Below, in pieces: positions 17,276-25,390 of a stretch of 64,000 bases of DNA. How positions within the stretch are numbered: the first letter of the stretch is position 1; each line of letters begins with the position of its first letter. This DNA is from an uncultured virus (IMG/VR IMGVR_UViG_3300042868_002089) (lineage: Duplodnaviria > Heunggongvirae > Uroviricota > Caudoviricetes). The stretch is from IMG/VR virus record IMGVR_UViG_3300042868_002089, one strand, 5' to 3'. A program made the translations under genes and the position numbers. A model generated the notes under the pieces. It did not search any database and had not been told where the DNA came from. It saw nothing but the letters and a program-made list of their open reading frames with translations.

Positions 17276-17514
17276 CTGACTGGACACCCGAAGAAGACGA
17301 AGCTTTCAACGATGTTGAAAAGCACAGCAACCTTGGCAAGCAGATACTGCGTGACATGGGACAGCCGTATGTGTACGCACCCAAGCGTGAGTGGGTGGGG
17401 CTGACGGATGTAGAGATCGTGGACATTATGGATGTGGAGTTAACTACGCAAAACACTGAGCACTTTGCACTCTGCCAAGCCATTGAAGCCAAACTCAAGG
17501 AGAAGAACACGTGA
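17272..17514 (+). CDS. Conserved phage protein
   Basis: WVGLTD...AIEAKLKEKN motif. Confidence 0.75.
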   Translation: MTDWTPEEDEAFNDVEKHSNLGKQILRDMGQPYVYAPKREWVGLTDVEIVDIMDVELTTQNTEHFALCQAIEAKLKEKNT

Positions 17515-17804
17515 CACCAAACACAATTGAATTTAAAACCACAAGCAACACATTGATGGATGGTTGGGTGATGCGTATCACAGCAGATAGGCGCATTGAA
17601 GTTAATGAAGACGTTGATGTAACTGAAGCCGCAAAGCAGGTGCTAGAGGCTATGCAGTGGATGATTGATAATCAGAAGCGCACATGGGTCGACCTGACCA
17701 ACAAAGAGATCGGTGAGATATACCGCGCAGGGTGGGCAAACAACATGGACTACGCCGAGGCGATTCAGAAAGCACTAAAGGAGAAGAATGAGCGCACCAT
17801 ATGA
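17511..17804 (+). CDS. Conserved phage protein (C-terminus paralogous to previous gene)
   Basis: WVDLTN...AIQKALKEKN; GTG start with RBS CTCAAGGAGAAG. Confidence 0.7.
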   Translation: MTPNTIEFKTTSNTLMDGWVMRITADRRIEVNEDVDVTEAAKQVLEAMQWMIDNQKRTWVDLTNKEIGEIYRAGWANNMDYAEAIQKALKEKNERTI

Positions 17805-19773
17805 CACGATCTTATCGATCGACTTCGAGACCTACTGGGACACCAAGATAGGTTACACACTAACCAAAATGACAACTGAGGAGTACATACGCCATGACTT
17901 ATTTCACGCGTTTGGATGCTGCGTTCATGAGTTCGGATCTGACAGCCCAACTACGTGGGTTAGAGGAGATGGACTACGTGAATACTTTTCTGGAATCGAC
18001 TGGGGACGAACCGCAGTGCTTGCGCACAACGCACAGTTCGATGTATCAATTATGGAGTGGCGATACGGTGTACGCCCATGCTTCATCTTCGATACCCTAT
18101 CAATGGCGCGAGCTTTACGTGGCGTGGAAGTTGGAAACTCACTTGCAAAGCTCGCCCGTGACTTCGGGCTTCCAGATAAAGGTACAGCGGTTCATTCAAC
18201 TAACGGAGTTCACGAGCTGGAACCCAGCCTTGAACGAGAACTCGCTGAATACTGCAAGCATGATGTGTTTCTGTGCGAGGAAATATTCAAACGGCTGGTG
18301 GATGCCTACCCATCGAAGGAACTACGGCTTATAGACATGACCCTCAAGATGTACACCCGTGCATGCCTTGAGCTTGACCCCAACATGCTGACCGACGCCA
18401 TACTAGACGAAAAGGAAAAACGTGAAGCCCTATTACAGAAACTCGGCGTGGACGAAACTGCTCTGGCGTCGAACCCGCAGTTTGCTGCACTACTTGAGAA
18501 ACTCAATGTGGTTCCGCCAACCAAGACAAGTAAGACGACTGGGAAAGAGACACTTGCCCTCGCTAAAAACGATGCCCTATTTCAAGCGCTACTCAATGGT
18601 GAACGTGAGGACGTTGCCCTACTTTGTGAAGCGCGTCTTAAGGTTAAATCTACCACTGAGCGCACCCGTGCACAGCGCTTCTTGGACATCAGCAAACGTG
18701 GCTCGCTTCCAGTTCCGCTTTCGTACTACGGTGCACAGACAGGCCGCTGGACAGCGTCGAAAGGCTCGGCCATCAACATGCAGAACCTCAAGCGAGGCTC
18801 GTTCTTACGCAAAGCAATTATGGCTCCCGCTGGCCACCAACTCGTCGTTGGAGATCTATCGCAGATTGAGCCGCGAGTACTCGCGTGGCTTTCAGACTAC
18901 ACGGACATGCTGGACATCTTCCGCGCTGGGGGTGACCCTTACGCCGCGTTCGGTTCGCAGATGTTTAACATACCCGGACTTAGTAAGGAGTCTCACCCCG
19001 ATCTTAGGCAGTCAGCGAAAAGCGCGCTCCTTGGCTGTGGATACGGTCTTGGCTGGGCGGCTTTTGCTTCACAGCTTCTCACTGGATTCCTTGGGGCACC
19101 ACCACAGCGCTACGACTTGGCCTTTGCAAAGAAGCTTGGCGTTACTCAACAAGCAGCGCAGAAGTTCTTGGAATGGGAAGTCAATGTCGAGAAGCTCCAA
19201 TCCATACCGCACACCTGCACAACCAAGGAGCTAGTCATCCACTGCCTTGCGGCCAAGGCCATCATCGACAAGTACCGCGCTACGGCTACGCCTGTCGTGG
19301 AGTTCTGGGACTTGAACACACAGCTTATCGGTGAGTGTCTGTACAGAGGCAAGACGTACAAGCACAAGTGCCTGACGTACCGCAAGGGGGAGATTGAGCT
19401 GCCCTCTGGCATGAAACTGTTGTATCCTGACCTCAACATCAGGCGCTTTACAGACGAGAAAACAAATAAAGAGCAGACAGAGTGGACATACGGGCCAGAT
19501 CGTACTAAGATATATGCAGGAAAAATAACCAACAATGTCACGCAGGGCGTAGCGAGATGCGTGATGACTGATGGGATGGTACGTACTGCAAAGAGATACT
19601 TTGTGGCGGGGACAGTACATGACGAGCAGATCGTTGTGGTTCCTGACGCTGAAGTAGCTGAAGCTAAGACTTGGGTCTTGGCGCAGATGACTATGGAGCC
19701 GCCTTACATGCCGGGCATTCCATTGGACGCTGACGGTGGCGCGCACCGTAGATATGGGTTAGCAAAAAACTAG
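17788..19773 (+). CDS. polA: DNA polymerase family A with 3'-5' exonuclease
   Basis: DFET, HNAQFD, TGRW, NMQNL, DLSQIEPR (motif A), RQSAKSALLGCGYG (motif B), VHDE (motif C). Confidence 0.95.
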   Translation: MSAPYDTILSIDFETYWDTKIGYTLTKMTTEEYIRHDLFHAFGCCVHEFGSDSPTTWVRGDGLREYFSGIDWGRTAVLAHNAQFDVSIMEWRYGVRPCFIFDTLSMARALRGVEVGNSLAKLARDFGLPDKGTAVHSTNGVHELEPSLERELAEYCKHDVFLCEEIFKRLVDAYPSKELRLIDMTLKMYTRACLELDPNMLTDAILDEKEKREALLQKLGVDETALASNPQFAALLEKLNVVPPTKTSKTTGKETLALAKNDALFQALLNGEREDVALLCEARLKVKSTTERTRAQRFLDISKRGSLPVPLSYYGAQTGRWTASKGSAINMQNLKRGSFLRKAIMAPAGHQLVVGDLSQIEPRVLAWLSDYTDMLDIFRAGGDPYAAFGSQMFNIPGLSKESHPDLRQSAKSALLGCGYGLGWAAFASQLLTGFLGAPPQRYDLAFAKKLGVTQQAAQKFLEWEVNVEKLQSIPHTCTTKELVIHCLAAKAIIDKYRATATPVVEFWDLNTQLIGECLYRGKTYKHKCLTYRKGEIELPSGMKLLYPDLNIRRFTDEKTNKEQTEWTYGPDRTKIYAGKITNNVTQGVARCVMTDGMVRTAKRYFVAGTVHDEQIVVVPDAEVAEAKTWVLAQMTMEPPYMPGIPLDADGGAHRRYGLAKN

Positions 19774-19781
19774 GAGAAGCA

Positions 19782-20087
19782 ATGAAGTTACCAACCAAGA
19801 TAAGAGTTGGGCGAAGGTGGTACTCAGTCGAAGTAGTCGAAGCCATGCTTGACAAGCGTGACATGGGGCGGGTCTTTTACCATGACCAACGCATCCAACT
19901 AGGTCGAACGAGTAACACCACAGGCAGGCAGTTCAAACCAGAGGAGATCGCAGATACCTTCTGGCACGAGGTTGTACACACAATTCTGAGGGACATGGGC
20001 GAGCACCGCCTCAATGCCAACGAAGCGTTTGTCACCAAGTTTGCCAACCGACTCACCGAAGCCATTAACACAGCGAAGTTCGAATGA
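19782..20087 (+). CDS. Small HExxH metallopeptidase-like protein
   Basis: TFWHEVVHTIL...NEAFV. Confidence 0.7.
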   Translation: MKLPTKIRVGRRWYSVEVVEAMLDKRDMGRVFYHDQRIQLGRTSNTTGRQFKPEEIADTFWHEVVHTILRDMGEHRLNANEAFVTKFANRLTEAINTAKFE

Positions 20088-20749
20088 AAAAACAAGCATG
20101 GTCACACAGCAGTCTCAAAGATTTTGAAGGCTGCCAACGCAGATACCACGAAGTCAAGGTCTTGAAGAAGTACCCCTTCCAAGAGACTGAGGCAACAAAG
20201 TACGGCAATCAGGTGCATGAAGCCATTGAACTCTACATCAGAGACAAGAAGCCAATACCGCCTGAGTATGCGCAGTTCCAGTCTGTAGTGGACGCCATGC
20301 TTAAGAAGCCCGGAAGGGCTTTGGCTGAGTACGAAATGGCGCTGACTGTTGACCTACGCCCTACCAACTGGAAGGCTCCCGATGTTTGGGTTCGAGGCAT
20401 TGCCGACATCCTGATCGTAGATGACGAGAACCTTACAGCTTGGGTGGGTGACTGGAAGACTGGCAACAACAAGTACCCCGACAGGGATCAGCTTGTGCTC
20501 ATGTCGCTCATGGTGTTCGCGCATTTCCCGCACATCCGCAAAGTTAACTCTGCGTTGCTGTTCATCGTCAAAGATGATATGGTCAAGATGCAGATGACAC
20601 GAGACCAAGCCGAGCAGTTCTGGTGGAAGTATCGTGAGCGTACTGCGCGTCTTGAAGCATGCTTTGAGACGGGTGTATGGAACCCCAATCAAACCCCACT
20701 TTGCGGATGGTGTCAGGTCACCGGATGCGAGTTCAACCCTAAGCACTAA
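20084..20749 (+). CDS. PD-(D/E)XK Cas4/RecB-like exonuclease
   Basis: WSHSSL..F..C, RGIAD, DWKTG, QL, C-terminal CGWC...C. Confidence 0.9.
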   Translation: MKKQAWSHSSLKDFEGCQRRYHEVKVLKKYPFQETEATKYGNQVHEAIELYIRDKKPIPPEYAQFQSVVDAMLKKPGRALAEYEMALTVDLRPTNWKAPDVWVRGIADILIVDDENLTAWVGDWKTGNNKYPDRDQLVLMSLMVFAHFPHIRKVNSALLFIVKDDMVKMQMTRDQAEQFWWKYRERTARLEACFETGVWNPNQTPLCGWCQVTGCEFNPKH

Positions 20750-20757
20750 GGAAATTT

Positions 20758-21042
20758 ATGTCTTATCTCCACCCAGATGATGTTATTAATTCGTGCCCAA
20801 GCATGTGCCATGTCTGTGGCCATGTTCTACGCTCCGGCGATAGTGCCATCGTACATGATGGGCGGGTACACACCAGTGCGGATAACGGCACTGAGTACGG
20901 ATCAATTGGATTGCACACAGAGTGCGCTACTATTTTGGCAATGCGCTTAATTGCAGATGTAATGAGGCATAGAGGCGTTAAGCATGAGCCTCGTGTAGTG
21001 CTAAGCCTAAGCAGAATTCGTAAAGCAATTTTAGAGGACTGA
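20758..21042 (+). CDS. Hypothetical protein (Cys/His, possible Zn-binding)
   Basis: CHVC...HTEC; RBS AAGGA. Confidence 0.65.
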   Translation: MSYLHPDDVINSCPSMCHVCGHVLRSGDSAIVHDGRVHTSADNGTEYGSIGLHTECATILAMRLIADVMRHRGVKHEPRVVLSLSRIRKAILED

Positions 21043-21044
21043 CC

Positions 21045-21284
21045 ATGACACAAGTAAACGGCAAGCGTGACTACAAACACGCATACAAACTACAAAAGAA
21101 AACAGGTGAAACAGCCGACCAGATCGAGCGTCAAAAAGCTCGTAGAACCTATGACAAGAAGGGCATTGACCGAGCAGGCAAGGACATTGACCACATCAAA
21201 CCTTTGCGTGCAGGCGGCAAGTCAACGACAGGTAACACCCGACTCCGTAACAAGAGCGCTAACCAAAGCGACAACGGAAAATAA
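21045..21284 (+). CDS. Small HNH endonuclease-like protein
   Basis: KDIDHIKPL...GG...N.R....NQSDN. Confidence 0.8.
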   Translation: MTQVNGKRDYKHAYKLQKKTGETADQIERQKARRTYDKKGIDRAGKDIDHIKPLRAGGKSTTGNTRLRNKSANQSDNGK

Positions 21285-21299
21285 TAGCTTGGAGAAGCA

Positions 21300-22859
21300 A
21301 TGGAAATCGTAGAAGACAAAGCACTTATCTTACGCACAAGGAACCCGCACAAGTACTCAATCATCCCAAAGAGCAAGGCCATGCCCCGTGCAGACGGTGG
21401 CTACGATGTCGCTGTTTACTGGGGTCTTGACGAAGCGCGGGTGTTGCGTAACCTAGGTGTTAAAAATGTGCCATCGCCGATTGTTCGGCGCTATGACTGG
21501 CCGGGGCGTTACAAGCCCATGGCGCACCAGATCGAGACTGCATCGTTCCTCACGATGTACAGGAGAGCCTTTGTGTTCTCTGAGCCCGGTACTGGCAAGA
21601 CACTGTCTGCGCTCTGGGCGGCTGACTACTTGATGAAACTCAAGAAGGTGCGTAGGGTTTTGATTCTGTGTCCTCTGTCGATCATGCACAGCGCATGGAT
21701 GGGGGACATCAACAACAGCGTCATTCACCGCTCTGCCGTTATCGCGCACCATCCGCAAGCTAGTCGGCGCATCGAGATGATTCAGCGTGACTACGAGATC
21801 GTCATCACCAACTACGAAGGGCTCAACCTGATTGCGGATGAAGTGCGTAACGATGGCCGCTTCGACCTAGTGATTGTTGACGAAGCCAACGCGTACAAGA
21901 CCATCACCACACGCAGATGGAAGTCGCTCAATTCTATCCTTATGCCGAACACGTACCTGTGGATGATGACTGGTACGCCTGCATCGCAGTCGCCTGTGGA
22001 TGCGTATGGTTTGGCCAAGTTAGTTAACCCAGAGGGCGTGCCCAAGTTCTTCACAGCATGGCGCGATCAGGTGATGAACAAGCTAACGATGTTCAAGTGG
22101 GCTCCTAAGTTTGATGCCAAGGAGAAAGTGCACGAAGCCCTGCAACCTGCGATACGCTTTACCAAAGCACAGTGCCTTGACTTGCCGCCTGTCATCACAA
22201 TGACGCGTGAAGTACCGCTGACCCCACAGCAAGCCAAGTACTACACAATGCTCAAAGACCGCATGCTGGTGCAAGCTGCAGGTGAGACGATCACCGCTGT
22301 CAACGCCGCCGCAGGCGTATCCAAGCTACTGCAGATCAGTTGTGGTGCGGCCTACACAGACGACAAGGAAGTTGTTGAGTTCGACTCAGCGCCCCGCCTG
22401 TCGGTGCTTGAGGAAATCTTGGAGGAGACTGATCGCAAGGTCATCATCTTCGCCCTGTTCCGAAGCACCATCGACACGATCAGTAACTACCTGACCAAGA
22501 AGGGCGTTGTCAACGAGTGCATTCACGGAGACATATCCCCAAGCAAGCGCGGTATAACTATCAACCGCTTCCAGACCGAGCCAAACCCCCGTGTGTTAGT
22601 GATGCAACCAGCCGCTTCTGCCCACGGCATTACGCTGACTGCCGCTGATACTGTGGTGTTCTATGGCCCGCTCATGAGCGTTGAGCAGTACATCCAGTGC
22701 TGTGCCCGTGCTGACCGCAAAGGGCAAGACTCAGACAAAGTTACTGTGATTCACATTCAGAGTAGCCCGATTGAGAAGAAGATGTTTAATGCGTTGGCTG
22801 GGAAAGTTAGCGATAACTTACTTTTGACTGACATGTTTGAAACTGAAATTAAATCTTGA
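21300..22859 (+). CDS. SNF2-family DNA helicase
   Basis: PGTGKT, VDEA, MTGTP, HGITLT, Q...RADRKGQ. Confidence 0.92.
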   Translation: MEIVEDKALILRTRNPHKYSIIPKSKAMPRADGGYDVAVYWGLDEARVLRNLGVKNVPSPIVRRYDWPGRYKPMAHQIETASFLTMYRRAFVFSEPGTGKTLSALWAADYLMKLKKVRRVLILCPLSIMHSAWMGDINNSVIHRSAVIAHHPQASRRIEMIQRDYEIVITNYEGLNLIADEVRNDGRFDLVIVDEANAYKTITTRRWKSLNSILMPNTYLWMMTGTPASQSPVDAYGLAKLVNPEGVPKFFTAWRDQVMNKLTMFKWAPKFDAKEKVHEALQPAIRFTKAQCLDLPPVITMTREVPLTPQQAKYYTMLKDRMLVQAAGETITAVNAAAGVSKLLQISCGAAYTDDKEVVEFDSAPRLSVLEEILEETDRKVIIFALFRSTIDTISNYLTKKGVVNECIHGDISPSKRGITINRFQTEPNPRVLVMQPAASAHGITLTAADTVVFYGPLMSVEQYIQCCARADRKGQDSDKVTVIHIQSSPIEKKMFNALAGKVSDNLLLTDMFETEIKS

Positions 22860-22866
22860 AAGGGGG

Positions 22867-22909
22867 TTGCAACGATCGAAATTACATGTAAACTGTCCAA
22901 CCTTAGACA
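22867..22909 (+). promoter_or_regulatory. Sigma70-like promoter overlapped by operator copy 3
   Basis: TTGCAA-16bp-TAAACT; TGTCCAACCTTAGACA at 22894-22909. Confidence 0.55.
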
Positions 22910-22930
22910 ACAAAATAACAGGAGAAGCAA

Positions 22931-23332
22931 ATGGAAGAAGAAGCAGTACCGCTCGACAAGTTGGTAAAAATCTACCGCAAGTTGCGCACGCGTTTGACCG
23001 AGTTGACCCAAGAGTACGACACCCAAGCGGAAGCACTCAAGGCACAGCAAGACGAGATCAAGAACGCTATCAAAGACCAGATGAAGGCCATGGGGGTCAC
23101 ATCTGTACGCACCACCGAGGGCACGGCAGTCATGTCCGTGAAGACTCGCTACACCACACAAGACTGGGATGAGTTCAAGAAGTTCGTACTGGCACACGAG
23201 GCCGTTGAACTTCTGGAGAAGCGCATTGCGCAATCTAACATGGCTCAGTTCTTGGAAGAAAACCCCGGGGTCGTACCGCCCGGACTCAACTCAGCATCTG
23301 AGTATGACATCTCTGTACGCAAACCTACTTAA
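22931..23332 (+). CDS. Conserved phage replication-module protein
   Basis: 133 aa; coiled coil then SVRT.EGT...DW...LLEKRI. Confidence 0.8.
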   Translation: MEEEAVPLDKLVKIYRKLRTRLTELTQEYDTQAEALKAQQDEIKNAIKDQMKAMGVTSVRTTEGTAVMSVKTRYTTQDWDEFKKFVLAHEAVELLEKRIAQSNMAQFLEENPGVVPPGLNSASEYDISVRKPT

Positions 23333-23344
23333 TTGGAAAACAAA

Positions 23345-24328
23345 ATGAGTAACATTACTATGTTCAGCCCCTCAAACGTGCCCTCATTCGCTAAGAATGC
23401 AGAGTTATCCGCAACCACTTTGGCTCTGGCCGGTAACGTGAACGCCGGTGGTGGCATGAAGCGCGTCTCCATCAAGGGCGGTGTGTTCCGCCTGCTCTCA
23501 AGCGGCAAGGAGATCGCCTCGATTGAAGACCGCCACTTGGACGTCATCATTGTGAAAGCCGCCCCCAAGGTCAGCCGTATTTTCTACGCTGGTGGCTACG
23601 ACAAGGATGCGGCTGCAGCCGCCCCTGACTGCACCTCTGGTGACGGTGAGAAGCCAGATGCAGGCGTTCGCAACAAGCAGTCCTCAAGCTGTGCCACATG
23701 CCCACAGAACATCGCTGGGTCAGGTACAGGTCAGAGCCGTGCATGCCGCTACCAACAGCGCTTGGCTGTGGTGTTGGCCAACAACCCCGAGGGTGATGTG
23801 TTGCAAGTGACTTTGCCTGCGACTTCTATCTTCGGCAAGGAAGACGGCGAGAAGCGCCCATTGCAGGCATACGCCCGTTACATGGCGGCTCAGACTCCTC
23901 CAGTGAACTTGGACTCCATCGTGACCCGTATGAAGTTCGACACCAAGGCTGAGTCTCCCAAGTTGTTCTTCGCCCCTGTGCGTTGGTTGACTGAAGATGA
24001 GTACGATACCGCGCAAGATCAGGCCAAGTCTAAGGACGCTGAGAAGGCCGTGGCTGTTACCCCTGCCTCTGCTGATGGCGTAACCGCCCCTGCACCTCTG
24101 GCCATTGAAGGCAAGCGTCCCACCACCAAGCCTATGGGCGAGATGATGGACGAAGACGAGGCAGAAGCCGTGGCCGAAGTCAAAGCCGCCAAGCCCAAGA
24201 AAGCCAAGCCTGTTGAAGTGGAAGCCGAAGAGGAGCCCGAAGTTCGCAAGGCTCCCGCCAAGGTTGAGTCCGTGCCTGCCAAAAAGGGCAAGCTGGCTGA
24301 CATCGTTGCTGATTGGGATGACGAGTAA
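23345..24328 (+). CDS. Putative single-stranded DNA-binding protein
   Basis: Replication-module position; CATCPQN Cys motif; acidic/aromatic C-terminus ADWDDE. Confidence 0.6.
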   Translation: MSNITMFSPSNVPSFAKNAELSATTLALAGNVNAGGGMKRVSIKGGVFRLLSSGKEIASIEDRHLDVIIVKAAPKVSRIFYAGGYDKDAAAAAPDCTSGDGEKPDAGVRNKQSSSCATCPQNIAGSGTGQSRACRYQQRLAVVLANNPEGDVLQVTLPATSIFGKEDGEKRPLQAYARYMAAQTPPVNLDSIVTRMKFDTKAESPKLFFAPVRWLTEDEYDTAQDQAKSKDAEKAVAVTPASADGVTAPAPLAIEGKRPTTKPMGEMMDEDEAEAVAEVKAAKPKKAKPVEVEAEEEPEVRKAPAKVESVPAKKGKLADIVADWDDE

Positions 24329-24332
24329 TTAA

Positions 24333-24449
24333 AGGTTTCGCTAGGCCGCAGTCGGCGGTCGCATTGCGTGTGCCGGGGGGCTCCATCCTCGTTAAAAAAT
24401 GACTCACATGCACACGACTGCGTTTCCCGTTCTGCGTGTCCTAGCGCCT
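24333..24449 (+). ncRNA. Long structured hairpin RNA element
   Basis: Nested stems CGCTAGG/CCTAGCG, CGCAG/CTGCG, GCGGTCG/CGACTGC, TGCGTGTG/CACATGCA. Confidence 0.5.
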
Positions 24450-24629
24450 AACACTATGGCCATTATTTTTCCTGCAAACACAAGAGGCATGACTGCTGGC
24501 GCTATGCGCCAGATTAAACAACAGGGTTACACCACCGCCGCGGGTGGGTGGCACGAAATAAACCATGTGTATGGAATGGCTGCTGAAGGCAGCATATACC
24601 TTAACGAACGCGAACCATTAGGGAGATTT

Positions 24630-24935
24630 ATGTCAGCACTAGAACAAACTGCAGAAGACGCCAAGGCATTGACAGACGCGCTTCTTAAAAGCACACACGC
24701 CATGGTTGAACAGGCGCGTGAATCAAACAAGCAACTCAACGATGTGAACGGCAAGATGCGTGACGGGGCTGAGAAGCTTGGTCTTGCAATTGAGAGGTTC
24801 AACAAGGTGGCAGGCAACACCAACTTTGCCGAAACAGCCAAGCAAGCTGAGTCGCTTGTCAACAGTCTGGAGCGCCTAGCCGCGCTAGAAGCATCGGGCA
24901 TGTTGGAAAAAGTGATGAAGGCTATGGCCAAATAA
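24630..24935 (+). CDS. Coiled-coil hypothetical protein (start uncertain; ORF open from 24399)
   Basis: RBS GGGAG before ATG at 24630 (MSALEQ...). Confidence 0.6.
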   Translation: MSALEQTAEDAKALTDALLKSTHAMVEQARESNKQLNDVNGKMRDGAEKLGLAIERFNKVAGNTNFAETAKQAESLVNSLERLAALEASGMLEKVMKAMAK

Positions 24936-24936
24936 C

Positions 24937-25230
24937 ATGGCGTACTCACAAAAAATCATTGACGACGTAGCGAAGACACCCAAGTCTCTGGGCAACCAGC
25001 TTGGGCGTTGGGCGATCCATCTTGACTTTCCCGTCACGAAGATTGCCTATGCGCTTGGCGTCTCTCGACAGACTGTATACAACTGGTTTACAGGCACGGA
25101 AGTGTTTGTGGCCTATCGTAACCGCGTCGAATTCTTAACCAAAATAATGCAGACCTCTCGCACAGCAGACGAGGCATGGAGAAAAATATGTACGGAATAC
25201 AACCTAGATCCCTCACCACGCAAGAACTGA
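24937..25230 (+). CDS. Cro/CI-type HTH transcriptional regulator
   Basis: VTKIAYALGVSRQTVYNWF. Confidence 0.8.
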   Translation: MAYSQKIIDDVAKTPKSLGNQLGRWAIHLDFPVTKIAYALGVSRQTVYNWFTGTEVFVAYRNRVEFLTKIMQTSRTADEAWRKICTEYNLDPSPRKN

Positions 25231-25373
25231 TTCGGTTTTGCGCTGAACTCATAGAACTGCCCGCAGGCATGCCCAAAGACTGGCAACACGAAGTCCTGCG
25301 TCGCTTGACGGTGCTGGCTCCGCCTGATGAAGCCCTAGTTAAAGACGCTAAACAGCTCGACCTGTTCCAGTAA
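25176..25373 (+). CDS. Hypothetical protein
   Basis: Ends QLDLFQ, a beta-clamp-binding-like motif. Confidence 0.6.
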   Translation: MEKNMYGIQPRSLTTQELIRFCAELIELPAGMPKDWQHEVLRRLTVLAPPDEALVKDAKQLDLFQ

Positions 25374-25390
25374 CCCAACCAAGGACTTCA

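Noticed and set aside
20084..20749. Cas4-like gene as a sign of a CRISPR system
   Set aside because: Stand-alone phage replication-module nuclease; no array or other cas genes
22527..22540. GGAGACATATCCCC, resembling the early palindrome family
   Set aside because: Imperfect, inside the helicase coding region, likely chance
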